DNA of 63,933 nucleotides, filler included, from Folioceros fuciformis (lineage: Eukaryota): the NCBI GenBank assembly GCA_049999805.1. It is 7 parts of 7 records of this genome, joined end to end, with 100 filler letters (N's around TTAATTAATTAA, not from the genome) between each part and the next. Parts side by side here need not be neighbours in the genome. Positions count along the whole stretch, not along the records: positions 16,644 to 28,029 come from JBNGIO010004052.1; positions 28,130 to 46,156 come from JBNGIO010004054.1; 5 more parts are not named here. The stretch is one strand, 5' to 3'. How positions within the stretch are numbered: the stretch's first letter is position 1; every line of letters starts with the position of its first letter. This document shows positions 22,630 to 33,760 of this stretch, piece after piece. The notes beneath the pieces are model-generated. The model made no database searches and was not told where the DNA came from. It was given only the letters and a program-made list of their open reading frames with translations. Position numbers and translations under genes: made by a program.

Positions 22630-24834
22630 TCAGGATGATGGGCATTGAGCCGGAGATGTTCTCGGCTGCACAAGCACCGGCATACCTCCCTTCATGCGGA
22701 CGGTGATGGAGACCTGACATTCGGGGACGTGCCCAGGAGCGGGCTTGAGCTTGAAGCATGGGATGAGGGCAGCAGCCATGGCCTTCATGTGCAGGATGGC
22801 GATATCCTTCCCCAGACACAGCCTGGGGCCTGCATGGAAGGCCGGGAACCTGTATGGGCTGCCTGGACGAAACTCGCCGTCCTTGAGCCACCTCTCGGGC
22901 TTGAACTCCATGCAGTCGGGTCCCCAAATACTCTTCATCCTCCCCATGGCCATGGGGTAGTAGCCTACTCGGGTCCCCTTGGGCACGAAGGTGCCATCCG
23001 GCAAGACGTCGTCCGCCAGAGCTACCCTGGGGATGAAGGGCACAGGGTGATACAGCCTGAGCGTCTCGAACAGGGCGGCATGCAAGTAATTCATCTTCTT
23101 CAGTTCCTCCCATGTGAAGGACGGAGGCGAACTCCAGTCCGGCGCAGTTGCTTCCTCAGAGTCTGCCTTGGCTCCCTGCTTGCCGCCCACAAAATCCTCT
23201 GCCCCATCTTCACCCTTCCCCCCGGTCCTGGCCTGCAAGATACTGCCGATCTCCTCCAGCACTGCCTGCTCGGCCACGGGGTGCTGGTCCAGGAACCAGA
23301 AGAACCAGCACAGTACCAGGGCCGGAGCCTCCCTGCCTGCTATCAGGAAGCTGACGACGATGTCCTTCAGAAACACGTCCGAATCTGAGTACTGCTCCTT
23401 AAGGAGAGCCGTATTGTCGCTCTGCTTGTGCTGCAGCTGCCTGGCCTTGGAGCGAGGCGAGCCCGTGGGAGACGCGTGCTGCTCCTCCAGGAGCCGCATG
23501 AATCGAGAGAGGAGGTCCCTGTGTCCCTGTGCCCCGCTCTGCAGCTCCTGCCTCCTGTTGTGAATTACTCCGTACGCGAAGTTGTCGATGGTCTTGACCA
23601 ACTCCCGGATTCGCCGCTCGTTGCCGATGTTGAAGAATCGCATCGCCCTCCACACTGGGGAGAAAGAGAAGAACCTCCCCAGGCACAGCAGGGCCGCCTC
23701 GTCGAACGCTTCCGCGAAGTCCACCGTCGGCAGCGACTCGTGCAGGCACGCCGGATCCACCCCGAACGACATGGCACACACATTGTCGAATGCGAATCGC
23801 AGCAGCAAGTCCTCCAAGTCCACCTGCTTGCCTGCAGACATTTCGGCCACCCACGAACAACACACTTCGAAAGTGAGAAACACACGACACGACACGACAA
23901 GACACGACACTGCGCACAACAAACAAACATGGAACAAGAGCTGCATCTCATCGATGACACAAGAAAAGGAAAACATGTGGACTCAAATCGTCGCGGTTCA
24001 CGATATCGCACAAGAGGAAAGCGAAGGCAAACGAACAAGAGAGCGCAGGGAGACAAGAATGTAGCACAGATGCATGCATGGTCTCTACAGGAGGAGCAGA
24101 ATGTGATAACCTGCCAGGAGCTACAGAACAACAAACGTGACGGAGACTGTTGATAAGCTGATGGGCGAAGGCAGAAAGGTGGTAGAAGAAAAAAAGGAGG
24201 GAAAAAAAAAGAGGAGGAGGAAGGGAAGGAATTTACCAGTACTTGCAGCGTCGATGAGGATGGGGCAAAGCCGGTCTTCCATCTCCTTCTCCACGCATTC
24301 CATGAGGAGGATGCGGAGCGACTGGGCACCAAATTCGTAGCTGGCGGCCTTCCTCTGCATGAGCCAGCACTCCCCGTTCACGTTGAAAATTCCGTTGCCC
24401 AGAAGGTCACCGAAGATCTCAGCAATGTCCTCGTCCTTCGGGTAGTTGTCGAAGCGGGTTTTGACGAAATGCTTGACGTTGGCGGGGTTGGCGGTCTCGA
24501 TGGAGATGGTGCCGCCGGGCATCACCTGGCGCATGGTGAGAGTGGGAGTCTTCTCAATCTGCTCCTTGGCCCAGTGCATCCAGCGGTGCTTGTTCATGAG
24601 AAAGGAGGGCAGAGATCCCACAAGTGGGTACACGGCGGGACCCGTGTTCTTGCCGTAATCCGGGCTCTCCTTCCACCATTGGTACGCCAGGGACGCCAGC
24701 AGCAACAGGGCCGTGCTGACGAGCACGTAGAAGAGTGAGTGCTTCCATTGGAATTCGGCCGGCAGCATCAGCAGGGACTCAGGGCGGCGCAGGAATCCCC
24801 ACAGATCCACCATGCTCCCTAGCTTTAAAGCCAT
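22630..24834 (-). CDS. Cytochrome P450, CYP86 clan (CYP94-like fatty-acyl/oxylipin oxidase), 2 coding exons, ~599 aa
   Basis: Exon 1 is 24834-24237 and exon 2 is 23831-22630, with a GT..AG intron at 24236-23832 (G|GTAAAT ... TGCAG|GC), 1800 nt in total. The protein has an N-terminal TM anchor, ETANPANV, DLLGNGIFNVNG, LLRFAFDNVC, ETLR, PERW and the heme motif FHAGPRLCLG. A polypyrimidine acceptor at ~24885 suggests an upstream exon. Confidence 0.95.
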
Positions 24835-26202
24835 CCTCAAGCAGTGATCGCCTGGCAAGCTTGCGAGCAGCAAGTGTAGCCGCCCTGAAGGAAGGAGGAG
24901 GAAAGGGAGGGAGAAGGGAGAAGGCGATATTTGCAAAGCTTCAGCCCCGCACAGAGAAGAAACAGACAACACCACACAACAAAAAAAGCAGCAGGCAGCA
25001 GAAAACGCTCAGCCCATAGCGGATGCAGGGAGCTAGAATGGGCAGCACGGCCAGTTCCGGGAGGCGGAGGAAGAGGAGATTTCAGCACTGCCCAGCAGCG
25101 CAGAATTGTCCGCCGCGTGCGTGTCCGGTGGGAGCGGCTGATCTGCCAGCGCCCATAGATTCCCTCTCAGAGCAGGAGTTGCAATTCCTGCAGCAGGAAT
25201 CTGGAGGAGGGGCAGGGCGACGAAATGGCGGCTGCGCTGTGAATGCAAGGATTCCGCGCAGCTGCAGCAGCGGAACTACCGCCGGAGGGCGAGGAGATGC
25301 GGGAAGCAGGAGGACGCAAGCGGGAAGGTTGGAACTGTGAGGCAGAGATGGTGTGGGAATTGGGATTTATGGGCGGGAGAGGAAGCGGGGAGTAGGCGGG
25401 GAGGAGGGCGGAGCAGAGCAGGACAGCAGGGAGACAAGGACAGGAGGACGGGGAGGAGAAGAGGAGGAGGTGGAGAAAGTGGAGGAAGAGGAAGGAAAGG
25501 AGGGGAAGGAAGAGCGTGCCGCTGCCGCTGATGCTGCTGCGCAGTGGCATTTAAATTAGAGAGAGACCAGGATGGAGGGAAGGGAGGGACAAGGAGGGAT
25601 GCAGCGATGGCTGCGGTTGGGGCTCTTGGACGGACACGCAGCCTCGGAAGATGCCAGCTACTGCGGCAATTTCCGTGGAAGCTGCAGTAGCGGCAGAGAA
25701 GGCAGGCCTGGAGAAATGAGCACGGGCTGAGAGAAGTGAGGCGGAAGAAGGGGCGAGGCGAGGGAAGAGCAACGGAGGAGGTGAAGAGAGAGTGGGAGTG
25801 TGTGTATTGGGAAGAGCAAGCTCCATGTACCCAGCCAGAGACGAGGTGCATCCAGGAGGAGGCAGAACACAGCTGGTTTGAGCTGATGAAAGGAGCAGAA
25901 GGAGAATGTTCATCTTTCCTTGAAGCCTGGCTTTGAAGCTGTGGGGGAGAGAAGAAAGAGGGAAAGAAGGTCGCGGGTTGTGACAGCTCGAATGGAGCCA
26001 GTTCACCCGACACACACACGCCGGTGCTGAGCAGCGCAGGCTTGTGCTTGTGCCAGGCCCCCCTGCCAAGTTGGCAGAGGCGGCAGAAGCAGGAAGCATT
26101 CCACATTTCACACAACCGGTTGCAGTTGCAGTAGCAGTAACAGTAACAGTGGTGGTGCCGCTGCTGCTGTTGCTGCTGCTGCCGCTGCTGGGAGTCGGGA
26201 GC

Positions 26203-26241
26203 TGCAGTGCAGTGCAGTGCAGTGCAGTGCAGTGCAGTGCA
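26203..26241. repeat. (GCAGT)n pentanucleotide microsatellite
   Basis: About 7-8 perfect units. Related pentamer runs lie at ~27281-27343 (CCAAG/CCAAA), ~27517-27541 (TGTGC) and ~23880-23910 (ACACG, in the P450 intron). Confidence 0.9.
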
Positions 26242-28029
26242 GAGCAGAGCGGAACAGAGCAGAGGATGCTAAGTTTGGAGCCTCGCTCTGTTTCCCATTT
26301 CCCGTTGCATCTGACAGGGGCAACAGCGCTGGCTGGGTGGCAGGCCGGCCTGTAGTCTGGACCTGCCACGCCTTCGAGCAAGGAGGGAGCAATAAACAAT
26401 GGAGTGTACTTATTATTGTGTGACAAGTGCTTTCCGCTGGCCTGGCGCTCCAACTCTACTGCTGCTGCTGCCCTCTGCCTCCGCCTCTGCCTGTGCCTCA
26501 TCAGCCTCTGGAATCTCTGCGACCGGGCCTCAGGCCTGCAGCGGCGCAGGACAGGCTCCAGAATCAATGGCTTTTTTGGCTCCAGGTACTGCATCACAAA
26601 CCCATGTATGTTATGCGCTGGATCCGAGGCATCGTCATGGCATGCCCAGGGATTTGGCAGGTGAGGTGGCCCGTGGATGTTGCACACAAGCCCTAGATGT
26701 TGCGCACCGTCTGGGTCCAACGGTAGAAGATGAAGAGGAAAGTGGTGGTCGCCTGAGATGGGGTCGCTCGTTCGCTCCAGGAAAGAGGATGATGACGCAG
26801 CCAGCGTGCTGCATGGGCCGGGCATTGTTTTTTTGTTTGTTTTGTGTTTTTGTCCTTGTGCGGCNNNNNNNNNNNNNNNNNNNNNNNNNNNNNNNNNNNN
26901 NNNNNNNNNNNNNNNNNNNNNNNNNNNNNNNNNNNNNNNNNNNNNNNNNNNNNNNNNNNNNNNNGGGATGGGATGGAGCATTGGAGATGGAGGAGCGGGA
27001 GCTGGGGCAGGAGCAGGCAAAAATCTGTTTCTGGTCAAAAGGAGCAAGGGAGGGAAGGAAGGAAGCATGGTAGGAAGGAAGGAAGGAAGAAAGGGAGGGA
27101 GGAATCGAGGGAGGCGTCATCAACTGACCAGGCCAGCATGAAAGCATGATCAAGTTGCAGACGCCGAGAGCATTACGATTATGGCCTCTGTCGGATTGAC
27201 TTCGGAGAAGCACGGAAGATGATGGGTGCCTTGCACAACAGAATGTTATTGTTGTGTACACGCAACCCAAGCCTCGCGAGCCAAGCCAAGCCAGGCCAGG
27301 CCAAGACAATCAAACCCAAGCAAACCAAACCCAATCCAACCCAACCTGAGGGAGGCGTCACCGCCATCACTGCCATGAGATGGAGTAACAATGGCATGGC
27401 ATGATAGCATGGGAAGAAAGAAAGCGTAAGAAAAGAGTTCCCGGCTTCCTGCTTGCATCAGCCTGCCTGCAGGTTGCAGGCGAGTCTGCAGGGTCACAAG
27501 CTTGTGGGCTGCGTTTGCTGTGCTGTGCTGTGCTGTGCTGTCATGCCTCCTGCTGGCATTTCGATCAAGGCAAGGGAAACAACAGCTTGCAGGTGTCTTT
27601 GCCCTGACTGACGCGGGGGATCTGGGAGTTTGCAACAGAAATAGGAATGTCAACTGCAAAACACCTCAGACCCTTCTCCCTCTCCCCCCTCCCCCCATTC
27701 TCTCTCCAATTCCCCCCCACCCAACGCAACCCAACCCAGCCCTACCCATCCTCGTCCCCTCCCTTCGCTGTTTCCCCATACAAAAAGCTGCCCTCTCCTA
27801 AGCGGTTGGCAGCGCCGCTGCCTCTCCCCCTCTGCCTGCCACAGTCGAGGTACGAATACGGAAATGGAATCAATCCCTCGTTGAGCTCCGGACGACATGG
27901 AATCAATCCTCAAACGAGCTCTCCTCCTTCCCTCGCATCCGTTTTGCCCTCCTTCCGCCTCAAGATGGGCCACCATTTGAGGCTACCAGATATGTGTGAC
28001 AGGACTCATCGGTGTGTGCGCAGTTTACC

Positions 28030-28129
28030 NNNNNNNNNNNNNNNNNNNNNNNNNNNNNNNNNNNNNNNNNNNNTTAATTAATTAANNNNNNNNNNNNNNN
28101 NNNNNNNNNNNNNNNNNNNNNNNNNNNNN
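28030..28129. other. Assembly linker 44N-TTAATTAATTAA-44N
   Basis: Same 100-bp structure; 12-mer at 28074-28085. Confidence 0.95.
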
Positions 28130-31100
28130 TTCTCAGACCTGATCTCTATGTTGATCATAGAGGAGAAAAACCTAGGCGAGGAATCATCCTCTAAGCCTAA
28201 GGAAAACTCTGAGCAAGCCTTCTACTCTGGCAGAGGCAAAGGTAGAGCCCAAGGTGGCAAAGGGCAAAGAGGTGGTAGAGGTAGAAATTCCTACCAAAAT
28301 CAGCAACAGAATCAGGAGTCCCAGTACAAGAGTACACGTGGAAGAGGAAAAAAATCTCGAGGCTGGGGGAGTCAAAGAGGATGTGGAAATCAACAACAAA
28401 ATGATGCAAATGCGGACAATAGTGGTTGCTGGACTTGTGGTAGATTAGACCACTTCGAAAGAGACTGTCCACGGAGAAATCAAGGCAACAGGAGGCAGTA
28501 GAACAATTATGCCTCTAGAAGCCGTCAAAATGACTCGGACAACTTGTTTGTCATGCAGCATATGCTTAACTCTGTGTCTGCTAATGGATCCACCAATTGT
28601 GAGATTGTGTGGTATGTGGACTCGGGAGCTTCAAAGCACATGACATGCCATGGGGAGTGGTTCAAAGAAATGCAGGTGCTTGACAAACCTGGATATGTGG
28701 AAACTGGAGATGACACAACACATGCAATTGTGCATACAGGAACTGTACCTTTGAAGATGCAGGATGGCAAAGTGAAGTGCTTGGTAGATGTTCTTCACGT
28801 ACCCAACATCACAAAGAACTTGGTGTCAGTTGGGTAGATGGTTGAGCAAGGACTGCAGGTTAGGTTTACACCTGCAGGACTCTTTGTTGAAGAGTGCAAG
28901 AAAGGCGGTCACCTAATTGCTCAAGGGCAGAAGGTTGGACGGATGTTCACCTTGAACGTGAAGGTTCCTAAGCTGAAGTCAGCCATGTTTGCGAAGGGTA
29001 CAAGGGTAGTGATAGACCTAGAGATGTGGCACAAATGCATTGGACATGTAAATGTGCAGAAGTTGAAGTCCATGCAGCATCCGAAGGTTGTCACAGGCAT
29101 ACCCAAGCTTATAGAAACTGGGCTGCAAGGTGTATGTGAAGCATGTCAACTTGGAAAACAGCCTAGGAATGCGTTTCCCCATGATAAACATGTCAGCAGA
29201 TATGTGTTGGATGTTGTGCATTCACAAATGGGGTCCTACACAGACTGCATCAATCGGAGGATGCAAGTACTATGTGACCGTCATTGACGACCACACAAGG
29301 AAGGTGTGGGTCTATTTCATGAAAGAAAAAGTGAAGTGATCACTCATTTTCATACTTTCAAGGCGATGGTTGAGAAGCAGACAGGTAGGCACATCAAAGG
29401 CCTAAGATCTGATGGAGGGGGAGAGTACTTCTCTAGAGAGTTCAGCAAATTCTTATCAGAACAGGGCATTCAACTGCAGTACTCATGTTGTTATACGCCA
29501 CAACAAAATGGAGTTGTAGAGCGCAAGAACAGGCACATAGTAGAAGTGGCGAGAGCATTGATGACAGAGAAGAAGATGCCTCACTACTATTGGGCTGAAG
29601 TTGTAAACACAGCAGTGTACATCATGAACAGAATTCCTAAAGCAGCGATGCACAGTGTAACACCGAAGGAGAAGTTCACAGGGAAGAAAGCCGACTTATC
29701 ACACTTAAAGGTATTTGGTTGCATTGCTTATGTCCATATTCCGAATGAGTTGCGGACTAAGCCTGATTCAAACGTAGAAAAGTGTCTTCATTGGGTTTTC
29801 TGTTACACAAAAAGGATACAGGTGCTACAATCCCAGTACACAAGCTATGAGAATAAGTAGAGACGTAGTCTTTGATGAAATGGCTAGTTGGTACTTTGAA
29901 GTACAAGCAAGTGGTGTAGCTGATGTGCATGAAACTGAGGTAACAAGCAATGCAAGTCAATAATCACAAGTGTTGAGTGGACCGCAAGCGTCATCAAACT
30001 CGACAAATGTTCAGAATCAATGGAGTGGCAGGTTGCGAGGTAGTGTGAGCCCTACGAGCTCCACAGCTGTGTCTTGCAAAGGGAAGGAAAAAGTCCGGGA
30101 TTCAAAGATACCAGGCCTAAGTGCAGGTGCAGATGATTCAAGTGACTCTAAGCAGAGCTTGGATGAGGAATTCGGTGTACCGAAAATAGGAAACACCCGG
30201 TGCAAAAGAGGTTCAATCACCCCCTGGAAGTGGTTCAATCCCACGGATATTTGGAAGGCAAAAGGTTCCAATGCAGCGGTTGACCTATGATAGCTATGTA
30301 GCTAGGCATTGTGCCTATATGGCAAAGGTTGTGCAGGATGTGGAACCAAGAAGCTTTGAAGAAGCTATTGGAGACAAAGTGGGAACATGCCATGGATGAA
30401 GAAATGAATGCATTAGATCAGAATGCAACATGAGACCTAGTACAACTACCTGAAGGCAAGAACCCAATAGGTTGCAAATGGGTGTACAAGGTCAAACACA
30501 ACGCAGATGGTAGTGTCAGCAGGTACAAGGCAAGGCTTGTGGCCAAGGGATATGCCCAGACATATGGAATAGATTTTGAGGAGACGTTCAGTCTAGTTGC
30601 CAAAATGGCAACAATTCGAACCGTGATCGCACTAGTGGCATCGAAAGGTTGGGTCCTACATCATATGGATGTGAAGAATGCGTTCTTCCATGGAGAATTG
30701 CTGGAAGAAGTATACATGGACCAGCCATTAGGTTATGAGGATTTGGATCATCCAAATCATGTGTGCAAGCTGAAAAAAACGTTGTACGGATTGAAGCAAG
30801 CCCTGAGGGCTTGGCATGAGTATCTTGCTCAGCATCTAATTCACATCGGATTCAACATGGCAGATGCGGATCATTCGTTGTATGTGTGCATAAGTACAAA
30901 AGGACTGGTCTTTGTGATCATTTATGTGGACGATCTAATCATTGGAGGTAATCAGTTGGATCAAGTGGAGCAGATCAAGGAACTTCTGCAACAAGAGTTC
31001 AACATGACGGACCTAGGTGAACTGAAATTCTTCTTGGGCATTGAAATTATACGAACCAACAAAGGCATTTGGCTGCCACAGCGGAAGTATGCATTGGATG

Positions 31101-32172
31101 TACTAACTAAGTATGGTATGGTTGAGTGCAAGCCAATCTCGAATCCTTTGGATCAAAATCTGAAGCTCAGTGCTCATGATGGTGAAGCACTTGAAGATCC
31201 AACAGTGTACAGGAAGATTGTGGGTAGCTTGATATATCTCACTCTATCCAAACCAGATTTAAACTATACAGTGGGACTGTAGAGTCAGTTTCTGCAGGTG
31301 CCAAGAAAGCCACATTTGGATGCAGTAAGGCGAACGTTGCGCTATGTGAAGGCAACTATGAATCATGCTCTCTTTTATGCTGCAGATTAAGAATAAACTT
31401 GTGTGGGTGCACAGATGCAGATTGGGCAGGTAGTGTTACGGATCGTAGATCTACAAGTGGATTCATATTTTCACTTGGGAGTGCAGCAATAACATGGAGT
31501 AGCAAGAAGCAGCCTACAGTGGCTTTGTCTAGTACATAAGCTGAATACAGAGCCGCAGCAATGGCAGCGTGTGAAGTGACTTGGATTTGTAAGTTACTTG
31601 GAGATTTTGAATTGCAGGTCAACGACAAGGTTGTTATCTACTGTGACAATCTTAGCAGCATACAATTGGCGCAAAACCCATTGTTTCATGTCAGGACGAA
31701 ACACATTGAGGTACATATCATTTTCTTCGAGAAAGGATTTTATCTGGAGCTATTGATCTTGTGTATGTCAACACAGACGAGCATATAGCCGATATATTTA
31801 CTAAGCCAATAGGAGCAGAGAAGCTAATGAAATTCCGAGCTATGTTGGGCATACAGATGTTATGTTGAGCTCGAGGGGGAGTGTTGAGTTATCGAGCTCT
31901 ATATAAGCTAAACTCATGTGGTGTTAGTTATCCCGGTTGGGTTCATATTAAACTAGTTCTAGTTATTAATGAACTTAGGATAGTGTAGATTATCCCATAT
32001 TGAACTTGGAAGTTGTGTAGCCCTAAATGTACTACTTAAATGGAGACCTCGGACCTCCATAGTAAGACAGTGGTGATGTGTATTGTTTTTGGTTGTGACC
32101 ACCAATACCACCCTCTCTTCTCTCCTCTCCTCTCCTACACTTGCACATAGACTGGAGTCGATCATATTGACA
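28130..32172 (+). mobile_element. Ty1/copia LTR retrotransposon A (decayed; 5' end lost in the gap)
   Basis: Gag zinc knuckle CWTCGRLDHFERDC, protease WYVDSGAS, integrase (LRSDGGGEY, TPQQNGVVERKNR), RT (RYKARLVAKGY, IYVDD) and RNase H (IYCDN) in copia order, with stops and frameshifts. PPT GAGGGGGAG at 31873-31881. Confidence 0.95.
31882..32172 (+). repeat. 3' LTR of copia A (291 bp, TGTTGA...TTGACA)
   Basis: Begins immediately after the PPT. Its 3' end matches a second copy at 56693-56758, which also ends in TTGACA. Confidence 0.85.
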
Positions 32173-33760
32173 ATTTCTTATGGTGCACAGGATGCTACAT
32201 ATATAGCCTTTAGGTGGGGCAACCCTCAATAAGGTAAGCCTTAGTCTCGAGGGTGCAATATCCCGGTATATCCTGATATATCTTGAGAACACTTAGGTGG
32301 TAGATAACTACAAGTTCAATATGGGATAATCTACACTATCCTAAGTGTTGTTTGCTCTTAATAACAATTCAGTTAGAGCTTGATTTCTAACACTCCCCCT
32401 CAAGCTCCGACTATTTGTAACACTCCAAGTAGTTCATGAAAGTGTAAGAACTTATCTCTACCTAGTAACTTAGTAAAGATATCTGCTACCTGGTCTTTGG
32501 TCTTCACATGCCGTAGATCTATCTTCTCAGATAATACCACTTCCCTGATGAAATGATAATGTACTTCTATGTGCTTTGAACGAGCATGAAACACAGGATT
32601 AGTAGCTTAACTCATGCTACTCATGTTGTCACAGTAGATTGTGACCTTGTTGTTCACTATATTTCCAAGATCATGTAGCAACTTCTGCAACCAAGTTGCT
32701 TCACAGGCTGCCATTGCAGCTCCTCGATACTCTGCTTCTGTGCTTGACAAAGCAACTATCAATTGTTTCTTGCTTTGCTAGCTGATCATACTACTTCCCA
32801 GACTAAATGCATATCCATTGGTTGATCTTTTGTCATACGCACAACCAGCCCAATCAGCATCTGTATATCCTGTCAGATCAAGATGCTTCCTATGCTCATA
32901 GAGCAATCCAAACTCAGTAGTTCCTTTCACATATCTCATGATTCTTCTAACTGCATCCAAGTGCGGTTTCCTTGGGTTCTGCATGAATTGACTAATCAGT
33001 CCTACTGCATAACTTAAGTCAGAATGTGTGATAGTCAGGTAGATCAAACTTCCGACCATCTGTCGATACATGGTCACATTTTCTAGCTCAATTCCTACAT
33101 CCATTTGTAGCTTGACGTTCTGCTCCAATGGTGTATCCATCACTTTGCAATCTGCCATGCCATACTTCTACAGCATATCCTTAGTATATTGCTTTTGCAA
33201 TAGCCAGATTCCTTGAGGTGTAAACACAACCTCAATTCCTTTTAAGTATCTGAGTTCACCAAGATCCTTCACCTTGAACTCTTTTTGCATATTTGCCTTG
33301 ACATTTGCAATACCATCTGCATCATCTCCTGTGATGATCAGGTTGTCAACATAAACGACAAGACACACTGGTCCTACCTTGGTTTGTTTACAAACAGACT
33401 GTGATCTGCATCTCCAATCGCAAACCCTTGCTCCTTTAAATAGCTTGTGATACGAGCATTCCATGCTCTAGGTGTCTGTTTGAGTCCATACAATGCCTTC
33501 TTCAGTTTGCATACATATGTTGGAAACTTAGGATGAACATAGCCTTCAGAGGCTGTTCCACGTACACTTCCTCCTGCAACTCACCATTCAAGAAGGCATT
33601 CTTTACATCCATTTGCCATAACTTCCATCCTTTAGCTGCTGCTAATGCTATGACTGTCTTTACAGTTGTCATCTTGGCTACTAGACTAAAGGTTTCCTCA
33701 TAATCAAGACCATACTATTGTGCATATCCCTTTGCAACCAACATGGCCTTGTAACGCTCC

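Noticed and set aside
22630-23976. P450 starting at 23976 as a single-exon gene
   Set aside because: The first ~48 residues are translated intron. Splicing 24237 to 23831 restores the complete P450 N-terminal half.
25551-27068. 505-aa ORF
   Set aside because: It spans a 100-N gap and microsatellites and has no domain. It stays open because of GC-rich low complexity.
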